From NCBI GenBank assembly GCA_047621105.1, contig JBLHLO010000001.1, forward strand, positions 1 to 46,385: a DNA stretch of 46,385 bases. Direction: 5' to 3'. The translations under genes were made by a program, and so were the position numbers. The notes beneath the pieces were generated by a model, which saw only the letters and a program-made list of their open reading frames with translations, was not told the origin of the DNA and did no database searches. How positions within the stretch are numbered: the stretch's first letter is position 1; each line of letters begins with the position of its first letter. The DNA comes from Alphaproteobacteria bacterium (GTDB lineage: Bacteria > Pseudomonadota > Alphaproteobacteria > SMXQ01). Below are positions 1 through 10,010 of this stretch, in pieces.

Positions 1-309
1 GGCCTTGGCATTGGCTAGGATCTCGTCATAGGCAGCGGTCGCGGCAGTGGCATCACCGACGCCGACCTTGACGCCGCCGGCCTCGGTTTTATGCAGGATA
101 TCGGCGGAAACGATTTTCATCACCACAGGATAGCCAATGCCGTCGGCGAGCTTTGCCGCTTCGGTCGCCGAAGTGGCGAGGCCCTCTTGCGGCAGTGGAA
201 TGCCGTAAGCGTCACAGACGATTTTTGCCTCTGGCGCCGTCAAGGAAGTTCTGTGATCGGCCTTGACCTGTTCTAGGACGCTTTCAACCGCGCCTTTATC
301 GAATGCCAT
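1..309 (-). CDS. ATP-grasp domain protein of the ADP-forming acyl-CoA synthetase (acetate--CoA ligase) family; only the N-terminal 103 codons are present because the gene runs off the window
   Basis: My own minus-strand translation starts at the ATG at 309..307, with the SD GGGGAGG just upstream. It reads MAFDKGAVESVLEQVKADHRTSLTAPEAKIVCDAYGIPLPQEGLATSATEAAKLADGIGYPVVMKIVSADILHKTEAGGVKVGV... This shows the E.K..L..YGIP / GYPVV.K..S..I.HK.E.GGV pattern typical of ATP-grasp CoA-ligase subunits. It is absent from the ORF track because no stop codon lies in the window. Confidence 0.7.
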   Translation of the reverse strand, partial: MAFDKGAVESVLEQVKADHRTSLTAPEAKIVCDAYGIPLPQEGLATSATEAAKLADGIGYPVVMKIVSADILHKTEAGGVKVGVGDATAATAAYDEILANAKA

Positions 310-391
310 GTTGTCCTCCCCAACGGCGGTGCCAGGTGGCAATGCGCCGCGCCAATAATTTATTGTTGCCAATGATTGATTGGCCGTAGGT

Positions 392-1645
392 CTATTTGCC
401 GACGGCGCCGCTCTCCTTGATGTCAGCAATTTCCGCGTCGCTAAAACCCAAAAAACCACTGAGGATTTCTTCGGTGTGTTCGCCCAGCAGCGGTGAACGT
501 TTCACTACCGACGGGGAAGCAGATAGCTTGACCGGATTGCCCACGGTTAGATATTTGCCCCGGGCTGGGTGGTCGACCTCGACGATGGTGCCGGTTTCGC
601 GCAAGGACGGCTCCTCGGCAATTTCCTTCATGGATAAGATGGGGCCGACGGGGATATCGAGAGGATTGCAGATCTCCATGACTTCGAACTTGGTCTTGGT
701 CTTGGTCCAGGCCTCGATGGCGTCGAAGATTTCGGTAAGCTTGTCGAGGCGCGCGTTGGGCTTGGCGTAACCGGGATCCTCTTTCCATTCGGGCTTGCCG
801 ATGACATCGCAAATGTTGCCCCAAATTGCAGCCTGGGTGATGAAGTAGATATAGGCATTGGGGTCGGTCTCGTAGCCCTTGCACTTGAGAATCCAGCCTG
901 GTTGGCCGCCGCCGGAATCGTTGCCCGCCCTGGGCGTTGCCTCACCGAACGGGATGTTCCGGCCAAATTGGCTGTATTCCGTCAAGGGGCCGTGGGCGAG
1001 CCGCTGTTGGTCGCGCAGTTTCACCCGGCACAGGTTGAGCACGCCGTCTTGCATGGCGGCCTGCACGCGCTGGCCCTTGCCTGTAGATTCGCGTTGGAAC
1101 AATGCCGTCACGATGCCGAACGCCAAGTGCAAGCCGGTGCCGGAATCGCCGATCTGGGCGCCGGTTACGGTCGGCGGTCCGTCGAGAAAACCGGTAGTAG
1201 AGGCCGCGCCGCCGGCGCATTGGGCGACGTTTTCATAGACCTTGCAATCTTCGTAGGGCCCGGGGCCGAACCCCTTGATGGAGGCGTATATCATGCGCGG
1301 GTTCAGTTCCTGGATGCGCTCCCAGCTGAAGCCCATGCGATCGAGCGCGCCGGGGGCGAAGTTCTCCACCAGCACGTCGCAGGTTTTCACCAGACGTTCT
1401 ATGACTTCCTTGCCTTTTTCGTTCTTGCCGTTGACCGTGATGGACCGTTTGTTGTGATTGAGCATGGTGAAGTAGAGAGAATCCACGTCCGGTATGTCAC
1501 GCAGCTGGCCGCGTGTGGCGTCGCCGACGCCGGGTTGTTCCACCTTGACGACATCCGCCCCGAACCACGCCAGCAGCTGGGTGCAGGTGGGGCCTGACTG
1601 GACGTGGGTGAAGTCCAGAATTTTAACGCCTTTCAACGCTTCCAT
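392..1645 (-). CDS. frc: Formyl-CoA:oxalate CoA-transferase (family III CoA-transferase)
   Basis: The 417-aa ORF is collinear with Oxalobacter/E. coli Frc as I recall it: [93 protein letters not shown]. It lies immediately downstream of oxc. Confidence 0.95.
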   Translation of the reverse strand: MEALKGVKILDFTHVQSGPTCTQLLAWFGADVVKVEQPGVGDATRGQLRDIPDVDSLYFTMLNHNKRSITVNGKNEKGKEVIERLVKTCDVLVENFAPGALDRMGFSWERIQELNPRMIYASIKGFGPGPYEDCKVYENVAQCAGGAASTTGFLDGPPTVTGAQIGDSGTGLHLAFGIVTALFQRESTGKGQRVQAAMQDGVLNLCRVKLRDQQRLAHGPLTEYSQFGRNIPFGEATPRAGNDSGGGQPGWILKCKGYETDPNAYIYFITQAAIWGNICDVIGKPEWKEDPGYAKPNARLDKLTEIFDAIEAWTKTKTKFEVMEICNPLDIPVGPILSMKEIAEEPSLRETGTIVEVDHPARGKYLTVGNPVKLSASPSVVKRSPLLGEHTEEILSGFLGFSDAEIADIKESGAVGK

Positions 1646-1688
1646 TTGATACCCCCTTCAGGGACGTGGTTCGATTGACAGATCTCAC

Positions 1689-3419
1689 TTATTTCTTCGC
1701 GACGACGCTCTGCGGATTGAGATTGCCGATCCGCCCGCTTTCGGTGCCGGCTTTCTCGTCGATGATGGCGTTGACGAGTGTCGGTTTTCCCGACTCCAAA
1801 GCTTCGATCACTGCGCGCGTAAGATCGTCAGGGCTGGTGGCATAGACGCCGACCCCGCCAAAGGCCTCCATCATCTTCTCGTAGCGCGAATCCTTGATGA
1901 ATACGGTTGGCGCCACATCGGGGCCGCCGGTCGGGTTGACATCAGTGCCGCGGTAAATGCCGTTGTTGTTGAAGACAACAACGCAGACTGGGAGGTTGTA
2001 GCGGCAGATCGTCTCGATCTCCATGCCGGAAAAGCCGAAGGCGCTGTCGCCTTCGACAGCCAGGACCGGCTTTCCAGTTTCGACCGCGGCTGCAATAGCG
2101 TAACCCATGCCGATGCCCATGACACCCCAAGTGCCGACGTCGAGGCGCTTGCGCGGTTTATAGATGTCTATGATTGAACGGGCGAAGTCGAGCGTGTTGG
2201 CACCCTCGTTAACGAGCACCGTGTCCGGGCGATCCTTGATGATCCTGCGCAGTGCGCCGAGTGCCCCGTGATAGTCCATCGGGACATTGTTGTTTTGCAG
2301 TCTCGGTGCCATTCGCTCGACATTGCTGTCGACCTTTTCCTTGACCTCGCTGGTCCATTCGGCGGGGGCTGCTTCCCACTTGTCGCCCATCGCTTCGAGA
2401 AGCGCAGAAACGCACGAGCCAATGTCGCCGACTACAGGGGCCGCGATCTTGGCGTTCGAGTCCATCTCCTTGGCCTCGATGTCGATCTGAATGAACTGTT
2501 TGGAGTGAGGTGGCCCCCACGTCTTGCCCTTGCCGTGTGACAGGAGCCAATTGAGGCGCGCGCCGATCAACATCACAATGTCGGATTTCTGCAGGACCAG
2601 CGAGCGCGCCGCGGCAGCCGACTGGGGATGCGTGTCGGGGAGGAGGCCCTTCGCCATGCTCATCGGCAGATAGGGAATGCCGCTCTTCTCGACGAGGGTG
2701 CGAATGTCCGCATCAGCCTGCGCATAAGAAGCGCCTTTGCCAAGAATGATCAGCGGCCGCTTTGCATTCTTCAAAAGATTAAGCGCGCGCGCGATCGACT
2801 CAGTCGAGGGGATATGGCCTGGCGCCGGATCGATGACCTTAACAAGAGACTTCCTGCCTGCCTCTGCATCCATAGTGTGGCCGAGCAGCTTGGCCGGGAG
2901 ATCGAGATACACGCCGCCCGGCCGGCCCGACACCGCGGCGCGGATGGCGCGAGCGATACCGATACCAATATCTTCGGCGTGCAGAATACGGAACGCCGCC
3001 TTGCAGAGCGGCTTGGCAATCGCGAGTTGGTCCATCTCCTCATAGTCGCCTTGCTGCAGGTCGACGATCTCACGCTCGGATGAACCCGACATCAGAATCA
3101 TCGGGAAGCAGTTGACCGTTGCGTTGGCAAGTGCGGTCAGGCCGTTCAGGAAGCCTGGAGCCGAGACGGTGAGGCATAAACCGGGTTTCTTAGAGAGAAA
3201 GCCCGCAATTGCGGCGGCATTGCCTGCATGCTGCTCGTGACGGAACGATATCACCCGCATCCCTTCCGACTGGGCAAAGCGTCCAAGATCGGTAATCGGA
3301 ATGCCCGGCACGGTGTAGATCGTGTTGAGATCATTGAGTTTCAGTGCGTCGATGATCAGGTGGAAGCCGTCCGTCAGATCCTGCGGCCCCCCTTCCGTAA
3401 CGGTGTTCTGTTCTGCCAT
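1689..3419 (-). CDS. oxc: Oxalyl-CoA decarboxylase (thiamine-diphosphate dependent)
   Basis: The 576-581 aa ORF has ThDP-enzyme architecture and Oxc-like motifs ([46 protein letters not shown]). It is paired with frc. I prefer the ATG at 3419 over the track's GTG at 3434 because AGGAG (complement of 3426-3430) sits 6 nt upstream of that ATG. Confidence 0.93.
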   Translation of the reverse strand: MAEQNTVTEGGPQDLTDGFHLIIDALKLNDLNTIYTVPGIPITDLGRFAQSEGMRVISFRHEQHAGNAAAIAGFLSKKPGLCLTVSAPGFLNGLTALANATVNCFPMILMSGSSEREIVDLQQGDYEEMDQLAIAKPLCKAAFRILHAEDIGIGIARAIRAAVSGRPGGVYLDLPAKLLGHTMDAEAGRKSLVKVIDPAPGHIPSTESIARALNLLKNAKRPLIILGKGASYAQADADIRTLVEKSGIPYLPMSMAKGLLPDTHPQSAAAARSLVLQKSDIVMLIGARLNWLLSHGKGKTWGPPHSKQFIQIDIEAKEMDSNAKIAAPVVGDIGSCVSALLEAMGDKWEAAPAEWTSEVKEKVDSNVERMAPRLQNNNVPMDYHGALGALRRIIKDRPDTVLVNEGANTLDFARSIIDIYKPRKRLDVGTWGVMGIGMGYAIAAAVETGKPVLAVEGDSAFGFSGMEIETICRYNLPVCVVVFNNNGIYRGTDVNPTGGPDVAPTVFIKDSRYEKMMEAFGGVGVYATSPDDLTRAVIEALESGKPTLVNAIIDEKAGTESGRIGNLNPQSVVAKK

Positions 3420-3467
3420 GGTACTCTCCTTCACTGGACCGCAAGGGTCCTGGAATTTCTTACTCGG

Positions 3468-4154
3468 TCAATCGATATCTACGTAACGCGCCACATGGTC
3501 GCGCAGTTTAAGCGTATGTTCACGAACCAGCCGCTCGGCCAGTTCGGTATCGCGGGCCTCCAACGCTTCAACGATTGCGAGGTGGTCCTCGATGGAACGT
3601 TTGGCGCGGTCTTCCTCGAAAATTGTGCGCGCCCGGATGGCCCGGACATGCATGAAAAGACGATCGGTAATCTCATCGATCAACGGACATTTACCGAGCG
3701 AGATGATCGCCTGGTGAAAGGAAATATTAGTTTCCGAATATTCGTTGATATGCTCGGTCACTTTGTTGGTGTCATAGACGCTGAGCATGCGGCGCATGGT
3801 GGCGATTTCGTCGTCGCTGGCCTCGGCAGTGATCAGGCGCGCGGCCATACTTTCCAGCGCGGCCCAGACGGTGATCATGTCGAGAATTTCCTGCTTCGAT
3901 TTGCGCCTGATATAGATGCCGCGGCGGGGCTCGATACGCACCAGGCCTTCCTGATCGAGCCGGGCCAGCGCCTCGCGCAAGGGCGTGCGGCTGATGCCGA
4001 ATTGTTCGGACAGGGTTCGTTCGTCGAGGCGCAGCTCGGCGTCATCATCGTAGATGTTCATGGTGACGATGGCCGCCTTGAGCTCGTCGTAGATGCGGGC
4101 GTTGAGGCTAAAATTCTCTTTGATCGGCTGAATTTTGAGAACATTTTCAGACAT
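3468..4154 (-). CDS. GntR-family transcriptional regulator, FadR/FCD subfamily
   Basis: The N-terminal winged-helix motif is LDERTLSEQFGISRTPLREALARLDQEGLV, followed by an all-helical FCD-like C-terminal domain. I moved the start to MSENV (ATG 4154..4152), which trims a 17-aa non-conserved extension. The gene lies 48 nt upstream of oxc on the same strand. Confidence 0.85.
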   Translation of the reverse strand: MSENVLKIQPIKENFSLNARIYDELKAAIVTMNIYDDDAELRLDERTLSEQFGISRTPLREALARLDQEGLVRIEPRRGIYIRRKSKQEILDMITVWAALESMAARLITAEASDDEIATMRRMLSVYDTNKVTEHINEYSETNISFHQAIISLGKCPLIDEITDRLFMHVRAIRARTIFEEDRAKRSIEDHLAIVEALEARDTELAERLVREHTLKLRDHVARYVDID

Positions 4155-4187
4155 GGGCGTGGTTCCAAAAACCCCCGATTTGAGATC

Positions 4188-4196
4188 TGGTATACA
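4188..4196. promoter_or_regulatory. Possible GntR/FadR-type operator half-palindrome (TGGTATACA, core GTATAC) upstream of the GntR gene
   Basis: The palindromic GTATAC core fits the generic GT-N-AC pattern of FadR-subfamily operators. It lies about 35 nt upstream of the regulator's start. The site is short and I did not assess it statistically. Confidence 0.25.
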
Positions 4197-4380
4197 ATAT
4201 ATCAAAGGGGCCTCGCCCTCAAGCCAGTATCGCCCACTGGACGACTCAAACCCTTTAAAAACTAGGGAGTTTTGGCGCTAACCGTGACTGAATTCCGGGT
4301 TTCCGCGCCCGTTTACGCCGCCGCGCGCCGCTTATCTAGCGATGAGGTGCTCAGGCAAGCAGGATCCGTGACTTGGGGCT

Positions 4381-5412
4381 TCAGCCCCCGCCATAGGCGG
4401 CGAAGGCGGTACGGGTACGGCGCCTATCGAAACCGGCCCGGCGCGCGAGTGCGAGCAAGATTCTGGCCTTGGGCGCATCAAGCCAGCCAGCCCGGATTAA
4501 TCCGCGTGAGGCGAGGTCCGATTCCGAGCCGGTGAAGGCGTAGGTATGCATCAAAACCGGCCCGGCGCCGGTGCGGCTGGCCAGCACCACCGGGGCCTGG
4601 CGGCAGAGTTGTTCCGCCGCGTCGGCGGCCTTCGGTGTCAGGTGGCCCGCCCCCATGGCAGCGATGACGACGCCGGCGATGTCCCGGTCCAGGGCGGCGC
4701 GCAGCATTTCGCCGGTATCGCCCTGATGGGCGGTGATGATGACCACCGGGCGCATGTCCTTGGGCCTGATCACCGGGTTAATAGCGGTCCGTGCGGCGGG
4801 GTAGAGCAGGATTCGAACCTGGCTCTCGGCAAGGAAGCCGATCGGTCCCGCATTGGGTGAAGTGAAGGCATCGGGCGCCGTCGCGTTGGTTTTGCGCACC
4901 AGGGCTGCGGCATGGATACGGTCGCCCATGACTACCAAAGTGCCGAGTCCCTCGGCGGCCTCGCTGGCAGCGACGGTGACCGCGGCCAGCAAATTTGCCG
5001 GGCCATCGGCCCCGGCGAGGCCCGGATGGCGCAGGGCGCCGGTTACCACCACCGGCACACGGGTGCCAACCATGAGGTCGAGGGCAAAGGCGGTTTCCTC
5101 GAGGGTGTCGGTGCCCTGGGTGACAACGGCGGGGTTGCGGCCCTTGATAATGGTGCGGGCCAGTTCGACCAAGTCATTGTCGGTTAGATGCGCGCCGGGC
5201 AAGCGGCGGAAATCGATGGGCTTAATGCGGGCAATGCGTGAAAGTTCCGGCACCGCGTTGGTCAGTGCCTTGGCGGTTAGCCGGGGCACGACACCCTTGG
5301 CCGATCCGCTGCGCCTGGCTGGGGCCGCAGTTTTTGCACCTCGGCCACGAGGGGCGCCGGCCATGGCGATCGTGCCACCGAGGGCAAATATGTTGACTGT
5401 TGTCAGTGTCAT
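4381..5412 (-). CDS. L-asparaginase / glutaminase-asparaginase family protein
   Basis: Has an N-terminal ALGGTIAM motif and a TQGTDTLEETAF motif, the two Thr-containing signatures of class 1 asparaginases. There is a basic, Ala/Arg-rich insertion after the first motif. Confidence 0.85.
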   Translation of the reverse strand: MTLTTVNIFALGGTIAMAGAPRGRGAKTAAPARRSGSAKGVVPRLTAKALTNAVPELSRIARIKPIDFRRLPGAHLTDNDLVELARTIIKGRNPAVVTQGTDTLEETAFALDLMVGTRVPVVVTGALRHPGLAGADGPANLLAAVTVAASEAAEGLGTLVVMGDRIHAAALVRKTNATAPDAFTSPNAGPIGFLAESQVRILLYPAARTAINPVIRPKDMRPVVIITAHQGDTGEMLRAALDRDIAGVVIAAMGAGHLTPKAADAAEQLCRQAPVVLASRTGAGPVLMHTYAFTGSESDLASRGLIRAGWLDAPKARILLALARRAGFDRRRTRTAFAAYGGG

Positions 5413-5421
5413 GATTGGAAT

Positions 5422-5913
5422 TTACGCGGGTTGCGCTTCCCAGGCCACGTTCATGGTGACGTCCGCGTCCTTCAGGAGGTTCATGACCGGGCAGCGCATT
5501 TCCACATTTTTGCGCAGCTTGGCGAGGCGATCTGCCGGCTCGTCGGTCTGGATGATGATCTTGAGGTCCACCCGTTCGAAATGGGGGCGCACACCAACCA
5601 CGCCGCGTGAGCCGCGTGCATCGACCCAACCATCGCATTCAAAATCGACCCCGGTGTAGCGGAAATTCATCGCCTTGGCGCAACGGTTGATGATCACCCC
5701 TTCACAGCCGACCAGGGCGGATAGGACGGTTTCCAATGGTGACGGGCCGATATTCGTGCCGGTCTTTTCATCGGTAATGACCTCGAATCCGCGCACCCGC
5801 GAAACGGTCTTGGCTTCGGCCTTGTTGGTGGCGCGAATTTTGCGCACGCCTAAAAGTTTTTTATCCGGATCCACGTCGGGCGGAAGAATGTCGACGTCTT
5901 TATCGTCGCTCAT
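5422..5913 (-). CDS. OsmC/Ohr-family protein
   Basis: Contains GPSPLETVLSALVGCEG and a C-terminal MRCPV motif, the two conserved Cys regions of the OsmC family. It carries an acidic N-terminal extension of about 40 aa. Confidence 0.8.
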   Translation of the reverse strand: MSDDKDVDILPPDVDPDKKLLGVRKIRATNKAEAKTVSRVRGFEVITDEKTGTNIGPSPLETVLSALVGCEGVIINRCAKAMNFRYTGVDFECDGWVDARGSRGVVGVRPHFERVDLKIIIQTDEPADRLAKLRKNVEMRCPVMNLLKDADVTMNVAWEAQPA

Positions 5914-6038
5914 GAGGGGCTCCTGTTTAGGGGTGGGGTAGGTTCGACAAGGGCAGCGGCGGCGGTTATGCTCGCGCCAATATATCGTAAAACGCAGGTG
6001 ATTACTGCCAGGGGCGTTAGTCCCAAAGGAGCTGATTC

Positions 6039-6734
6039 ATGCCGACATTGGAAGTTTTGAGCGCGGGCGCGGTTAAGCCGGCCATGGCATTGTTGACCCC
6101 AGTCTTTGAACAGGCGCGCAGGGCTAAGGTGGCAATCACCTTTGGCCCGGCTCCTGAACTGCGGGAGATCACCAAGGACGGCACCGGTTTGCTTGGCCTC
6201 GTCGCCGGGCCGAAGCAGCTGGTCGTCGATCTCGTCACCGAAGGCAAGCTGGACGGGGCGAGCCGCCAATCGCTGGGCGGGGTCAAGGCGGCGATTGCCC
6301 TGCATAAGGACGCGCCGGTGCCTGATCTTTCGACCCCGGATGCGGTGCGCGACGCCATTCAGGCGGCGGATCGAATTGTCTTTAATACCGCGTCGTCTGG
6401 GCAATATATCGCCGATATGATTGACCGCCTCGGCATTGGCGTAGAAGTCGCCGACCGCATTCAGCGCTACCCGAACGCGGAAGAGGCGATGGTGTTCCTC
6501 GCCAGCGATGCCGGGCGCAAAGCTATCGGATTCGGCCAGTCGTCGGCGCTTCGCGGCTATGAATCCTTGGGCGTGCGTCAGGTCGCTGCCTTGCCCGAGG
6601 CGATCGGCAACGTCACCGAATATGAAGCGGCGCTCTGTAAGGCCGCTCCCGATGCGGTGCTGGCGCGCGATTTTCTGGATTTTATTATCAGTGTAGAAAG
6701 CCGCGCCGTGTTCCTGTCGACCGGGGTGGAATAG
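6039..6734 (+). CDS. ModA-like (molybdate/tungstate type) periplasmic-binding-protein-fold protein without a recognisable signal peptide
   Basis: The 231-aa ORF has the SD AAAGGAG 7 nt upstream. The pattern L.VLSAGAVK......F........V...FG....L...I..G...D, followed by VAALP....N.T.Y.AA, resembles type II SBPs of the ModA group. The N-terminus starts directly in the mature-domain beta strand. Confidence 0.55.
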   Translation: MPTLEVLSAGAVKPAMALLTPVFEQARRAKVAITFGPAPELREITKDGTGLLGLVAGPKQLVVDLVTEGKLDGASRQSLGGVKAAIALHKDAPVPDLSTPDAVRDAIQAADRIVFNTASSGQYIADMIDRLGIGVEVADRIQRYPNAEEAMVFLASDAGRKAIGFGQSSALRGYESLGVRQVAALPEAIGNVTEYEAALCKAAPDAVLARDFLDFIISVESRAVFLSTGVE

Positions 6735-6771
6735 AACGGGCGGCGACGCCTTTTTCCTGATCCAGGCTTTT

Positions 6772-8286
6772 TTAGCCACCCGCCGCCTTCTTCCTGGCGC
6801 GACGCCAGTCCATGCAGAACGGGATCGCGAGATTAAGCAACAGGCATCCCCACAGGACATTTGCCAGTGGCGACATGAACAGGACCGTGATGTCGCCCTG
6901 GGACATTTTCATGGCGCGGATGAAATAGCCTTCCAAGAGTGGCCCCAAGATGACGCCGATCAAGATCGCTGCAACGTGGTAACCGGTCTTGCGGGCAATG
7001 TAGCCGATCACGCCGAAGGCTAGCGCCAGGAACATGTCGAACTGGTAATCGCGCGACACGAAGGCACCCACCAGGGTGAACGAAATAACGATTGGTGCCA
7101 TAAAGACGGTGCGCACCACAGTTACCCGCGACATGTAACGCGCCAGCGGCGGAATGGTGAAGATCATCAGGAAATATGTCACAGCCATGGCCGTGAACGG
7201 CAGATAGGCGAGACGCGGGTTGTTGAGGAACAGTTCCGTGCCCATGGTGACATTGTGATACTGCAGCACGACCAGCATGATCGCCGCTGTGGCGCCACCG
7301 GGAATGCCGATGATCAAGAGCGGCACCAGGGTGCCCGAGGTGACACCGTTATTAGCTGATTCGGGGGCAATCAGGCCCTCGATATGGCCAGTGCCGTAAA
7401 GCTCCGGCGTTTTGGAGAAGGTGCGCGATTGTTGGTAGGCGACGAATGAGGCGATGGCCGCGCCGGCGCCGGGAATGACGCCGATCACCAGACCGATGAT
7501 CGCCGTCCACACCACGTGCCACCAGCGTTTGAGGGTCTCGCGGATCCCTTCGATGGTGGGTCCCCAGCCGCCTTCCTGCATGGCGATCTGACCGCGTTCG
7601 GTGAGGATTGAATCGCGGTCGATGACGATCATTGCCTCGGATATGGCGAACAACCCGACCAGCGCCGGGATCAGCGGCACGCCATCATAGAGTTCGAGAA
7701 AGCCCATGGTGCCGCGCGGCGTCTCATAGACGAAATCGGCACCGATAGCTCCGATCATCAACCCGAAGAAGCCGGCCAAAAGTCCTTTCAGGGTATCGCG
7801 CGCGGCAATAGTGGCGATCAAGGAGATGCCGAACAGCATGACGACAATCATTTCCACCGAATGGAGATAGAACGCAATCTCAGCCAACCAGGGCATGGCG
7901 AGCAGGGCGAGGATAGTGGTAAGCAAGCCGCCGATGGTGGACGCGGTGAAGGAAATCGCCAGGGCCTGCTGGCCCCGGCCTTGTTGGGTCATGGGATAGC
8001 CGTCGAGTGGCGTCGCCGCCGCGCCCGCAGTGCCCGGAATGTTGACCAAGATTGCCGGGATGCCTGCCCCCATGCGCGACGATGCATAGAGCGCGATCAT
8101 GAAGACGAAGCCGACTTCGACCGGCATGACGAAGGCCAGCGGCAACAAAATGATAATGGTGTTGGCGGCCGAGAAACCGGGAATGGCGCCGACAATAAGC
8201 CCCAGGAAAATTGCCGGGATGATCACCCACCAATAGGCGATGGTTTCTGCAAACAGTTCGATAAACATATGGGGATCGAATTCCAT
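6772..8286 (-). CDS. tctA: Tripartite tricarboxylate transporter large permease
   Basis: A 504-aa polytopic membrane protein with TctA-type repeats (GAIPGFSAANT, GVIPGAGAAIASF). Its start overlaps the tctB stop (TAATG). Confidence 0.92.
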   Translation of the reverse strand: MEFDPHMFIELFAETIAYWWVIIPAIFLGLIVGAIPGFSAANTIIILLPLAFVMPVEVGFVFMIALYASSRMGAGIPAILVNIPGTAGAAATPLDGYPMTQQGRGQQALAISFTASTIGGLLTTILALLAMPWLAEIAFYLHSVEMIVVMLFGISLIATIAARDTLKGLLAGFFGLMIGAIGADFVYETPRGTMGFLELYDGVPLIPALVGLFAISEAMIVIDRDSILTERGQIAMQEGGWGPTIEGIRETLKRWWHVVWTAIIGLVIGVIPGAGAAIASFVAYQQSRTFSKTPELYGTGHIEGLIAPESANNGVTSGTLVPLLIIGIPGGATAAIMLVVLQYHNVTMGTELFLNNPRLAYLPFTAMAVTYFLMIFTIPPLARYMSRVTVVRTVFMAPIVISFTLVGAFVSRDYQFDMFLALAFGVIGYIARKTGYHVAAILIGVILGPLLEGYFIRAMKMSQGDITVLFMSPLANVLWGCLLLNLAIPFCMDWRRARKKAAGG

Positions 8287-8822
8287 TACATGATCCCCTT
8301 CATCAGAGTCTCAAATGGTCCGGCCGGGAAGCGCACAGCAAAAGCGACCACGAACAATAGCCAGCCTCCGATGGCCAGGGTGGCTGACAGAACAGTGATC
8401 AGGCCGAGGCGCTTGCGTTCATTCAACAGCGCCATGGCGAGAAAGAGAAAAGCGAAGGTGGTGAGCGTGAACCCGGCCCATTGGACGACGATGATATAGG
8501 CAAGAATGAGAAAGAATAGGATGACGCGCTTGACGATGAAATCCCGGGGTTCGATCAGGAGGGTGAAATTGAATGTTGCCTCCCCACGCTTAATGGCGCC
8601 GATGATGCGAATGGTCACGGCGATGCTGCACAGGATCAATATGCTGCCGATGAAGAAGGCGCTGACCTGTGCCGTCCAGGGCGAGTTCCAAATCGTCGTG
8701 AAGTAATAGAGGGCGAACACGGTGCCTGCCACAGGAATGATCAATTCGGCGCCGGCTGATTGGTGTGGCTTTTTTTTGAGCACGTCGACGGTATCGATGC
8801 CGCCGGGCAATTCTTCAGACAT
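8286..8822 (-). CDS. tctB: Tripartite tricarboxylate transporter small membrane subunit
   Basis: A 178-aa protein with four predicted TM segments, located between tctC and tctA. Position and size are typical of TctB. Confidence 0.8.
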   Translation of the reverse strand: MSEELPGGIDTVDVLKKKPHQSAGAELIIPVAGTVFALYYFTTIWNSPWTAQVSAFFIGSILILCSIAVTIRIIGAIKRGEATFNFTLLIEPRDFIVKRVILFFLILAYIIVVQWAGFTLTTFAFLFLAMALLNERKRLGLITVLSATLAIGGWLLFVVAFAVRFPAGPFETLMKGIM

Positions 8823-8880
8823 GTTTTCGACTCACTGGATTAGTGAAAAGGGTCAAATGGATCGTGTTGATAACGGAACC

Positions 8881-8909
8881 GGGCGGCGGACGTTACCCGT
8901 CCACCGCCC
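8881..8909 (-). other. GC-rich intercistronic stem-loop between tctC and tctB
   Basis: GGGCGGCGGACG-ttac-CCGTCCACCGCCC forms a stem of about 12 bp with one mismatch. There is no adjacent U-tract on the transcribed (minus) strand, so it is more likely an mRNA-stability or attenuation element than a full terminator. Confidence 0.5.
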
Positions 8910-8945
8910 CTGTTCCTTGCCGCACTTGGCTGGGCTAATGCGGGA

Positions 8946-10010
8946 TCAGCTTTTCTTTTTGCCCTTTTTCTTCTTGGCCTTCGCCTTGGCTTCAGCGCCG
9001 CGCAGAAGGTCACGGTATTCATTGCCGATGGCAACGATGCTCTTTACGTATTCGGCGCATTCCTTCTGTCCGCCCGGGCTGATCAGTTCCCAGGGGGCCT
9101 TGGCCTTGATCACTGCTTTCTTGAAGGCATCCAGGGCGACGACCTGGCGCAGCGTGTCTTCTAGGACCTTCATGCGATCGGGATATTTTTCGATCACTTC
9201 GGTCTTGATACCGAAGGCCCGCGCCGAAACCAGCGGTGGCAGTTTGGTGCCGTATTTATCGTTGACCGTGGGGGCGTTATGCGCTTTTTCGCCGAGCACA
9301 TTCTTGTCCGCAAACAGCAGCAGCATCTTGAAGTTCTTGCGCTGCACTACCATGCCGCCGGCCGGCAGTGCGCCGAAGTCGATTTCGCCGGTGGCGACAC
9401 CGTTACGGGTGTTGCGTCCCCCTGACAGTGGGATCGGGTTGAAGCTGGCGCCGGTGGCCTTGCCCAGGGCCAGCACACCGATGGTCGCCGGATGGGCGAT
9501 GCGGCTGGTGGCGAAGTTGACGGTGCGTTTCTTGCCCTCAGCCACGATGTCATCGATGGTCTTGAGCTTGGACCGCTTGCCGACGAAGATCATGCTCGGG
9601 TCTTCGTCCACACGGAAGAAGTAGCGATAGGCATCGAGCGGGAAGGTCGGCTTCTTGACCACCCAGTTCAGCACTTCCGGTCCCATGTTACCGAAAATGA
9701 GATCATGACCGTCGCCACTTGCCTTACCCATATATGTTTCATAGGCAACACGGCCGGCTGCGCCCGGGTAGAAGGCGGGTTCGAAATTGATTTTGAGAAT
9801 GTCTTTCCACAGGGTCGTCACCAGCCGCAGGTTGCGGTCGGCGCCACCGCCCTGGCGGGTGGGGACGTAGACGCGGATATTTTTCGACGGGAAGCCCGCG
9901 GCGGCGGCATCGGCGATCCAGCCGGAGCTCATGATGCCTGCCGCAAGGGTGGCCACGCTGCCCATGAGGAAGCGGCGGCGGTTTAATTCCATTTGGTAAT
10001 CATCTTGCAT
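8946..10010 (-). CDS. tctC: Tripartite tricarboxylate transporter substrate-binding protein (Bug/TctC family, divergent) with a Tat-like signal and a Lys-rich C-terminal tail
   Basis: I chose the start at MQDDYQMELNRRRFLMGS (ATG 10010..10008, SD GGGAGA upstream). It has an RRRF twin-arginine signal and a Bug-like core. The C-terminus is AEAKAKAKKKKGKKKS. Confidence 0.8.
   Translation of the reverse strand: MQDDYQMELNRRRFLMGSVATLAAGIMSSGWIADAAAAGFPSKNIRVYVPTRQGGGADRNLRLVTTLWKDILKINFEPAFYPGAAGRVAYETYMGKASGDGHDLIFGNMGPEVLNWVVKKPTFPLDAYRYFFRVDEDPSMIFVGKRSKLKTIDDIVAEGKKRTVNFATSRIAHPATIGVLALGKATGASFNPIPLSGGRNTRNGVATGEIDFGALPAGGMVVQRKNFKMLLLFADKNVLGEKAHNAPTVNDKYGTKLPPLVSARAFGIKTEVIEKYPDRMKVLEDTLRQVVALDAFKKAVIKAKAPWELISPGGQKECAEYVKSIVAIGNEYRDLLRGAEAKAKAKKKKGKKKS

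Noticed and set aside
3436-3450. A GGACC-gcaag-GGTCC hairpin between the GntR stop and the oxc SD, considered as a terminator.
   Set aside because: It has only 5 bp and no U-tract. It is more likely incidental, and the regulator and oxc may be co-transcribed.
3228-4265. A 345-aa plus-strand ORF spanning the oxc N-terminus and the whole GntR gene in antisense.
   Set aside because: It has an Arg/Gly/Asp-rich, low-complexity composition, no SD and no recognisable motifs. The opposite-strand genes have clear family signatures. Long stop-free antisense frames are expected in GC-rich DNA.
5910-6860. A 316-aa minus-strand ORF antisense to the ModA-like gene.
   Set aside because: The sequence is extremely Arg-rich, has no RBS and overlaps the tctA 3' end. 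The plus-strand ORF has a strong SD and protein-like composition.
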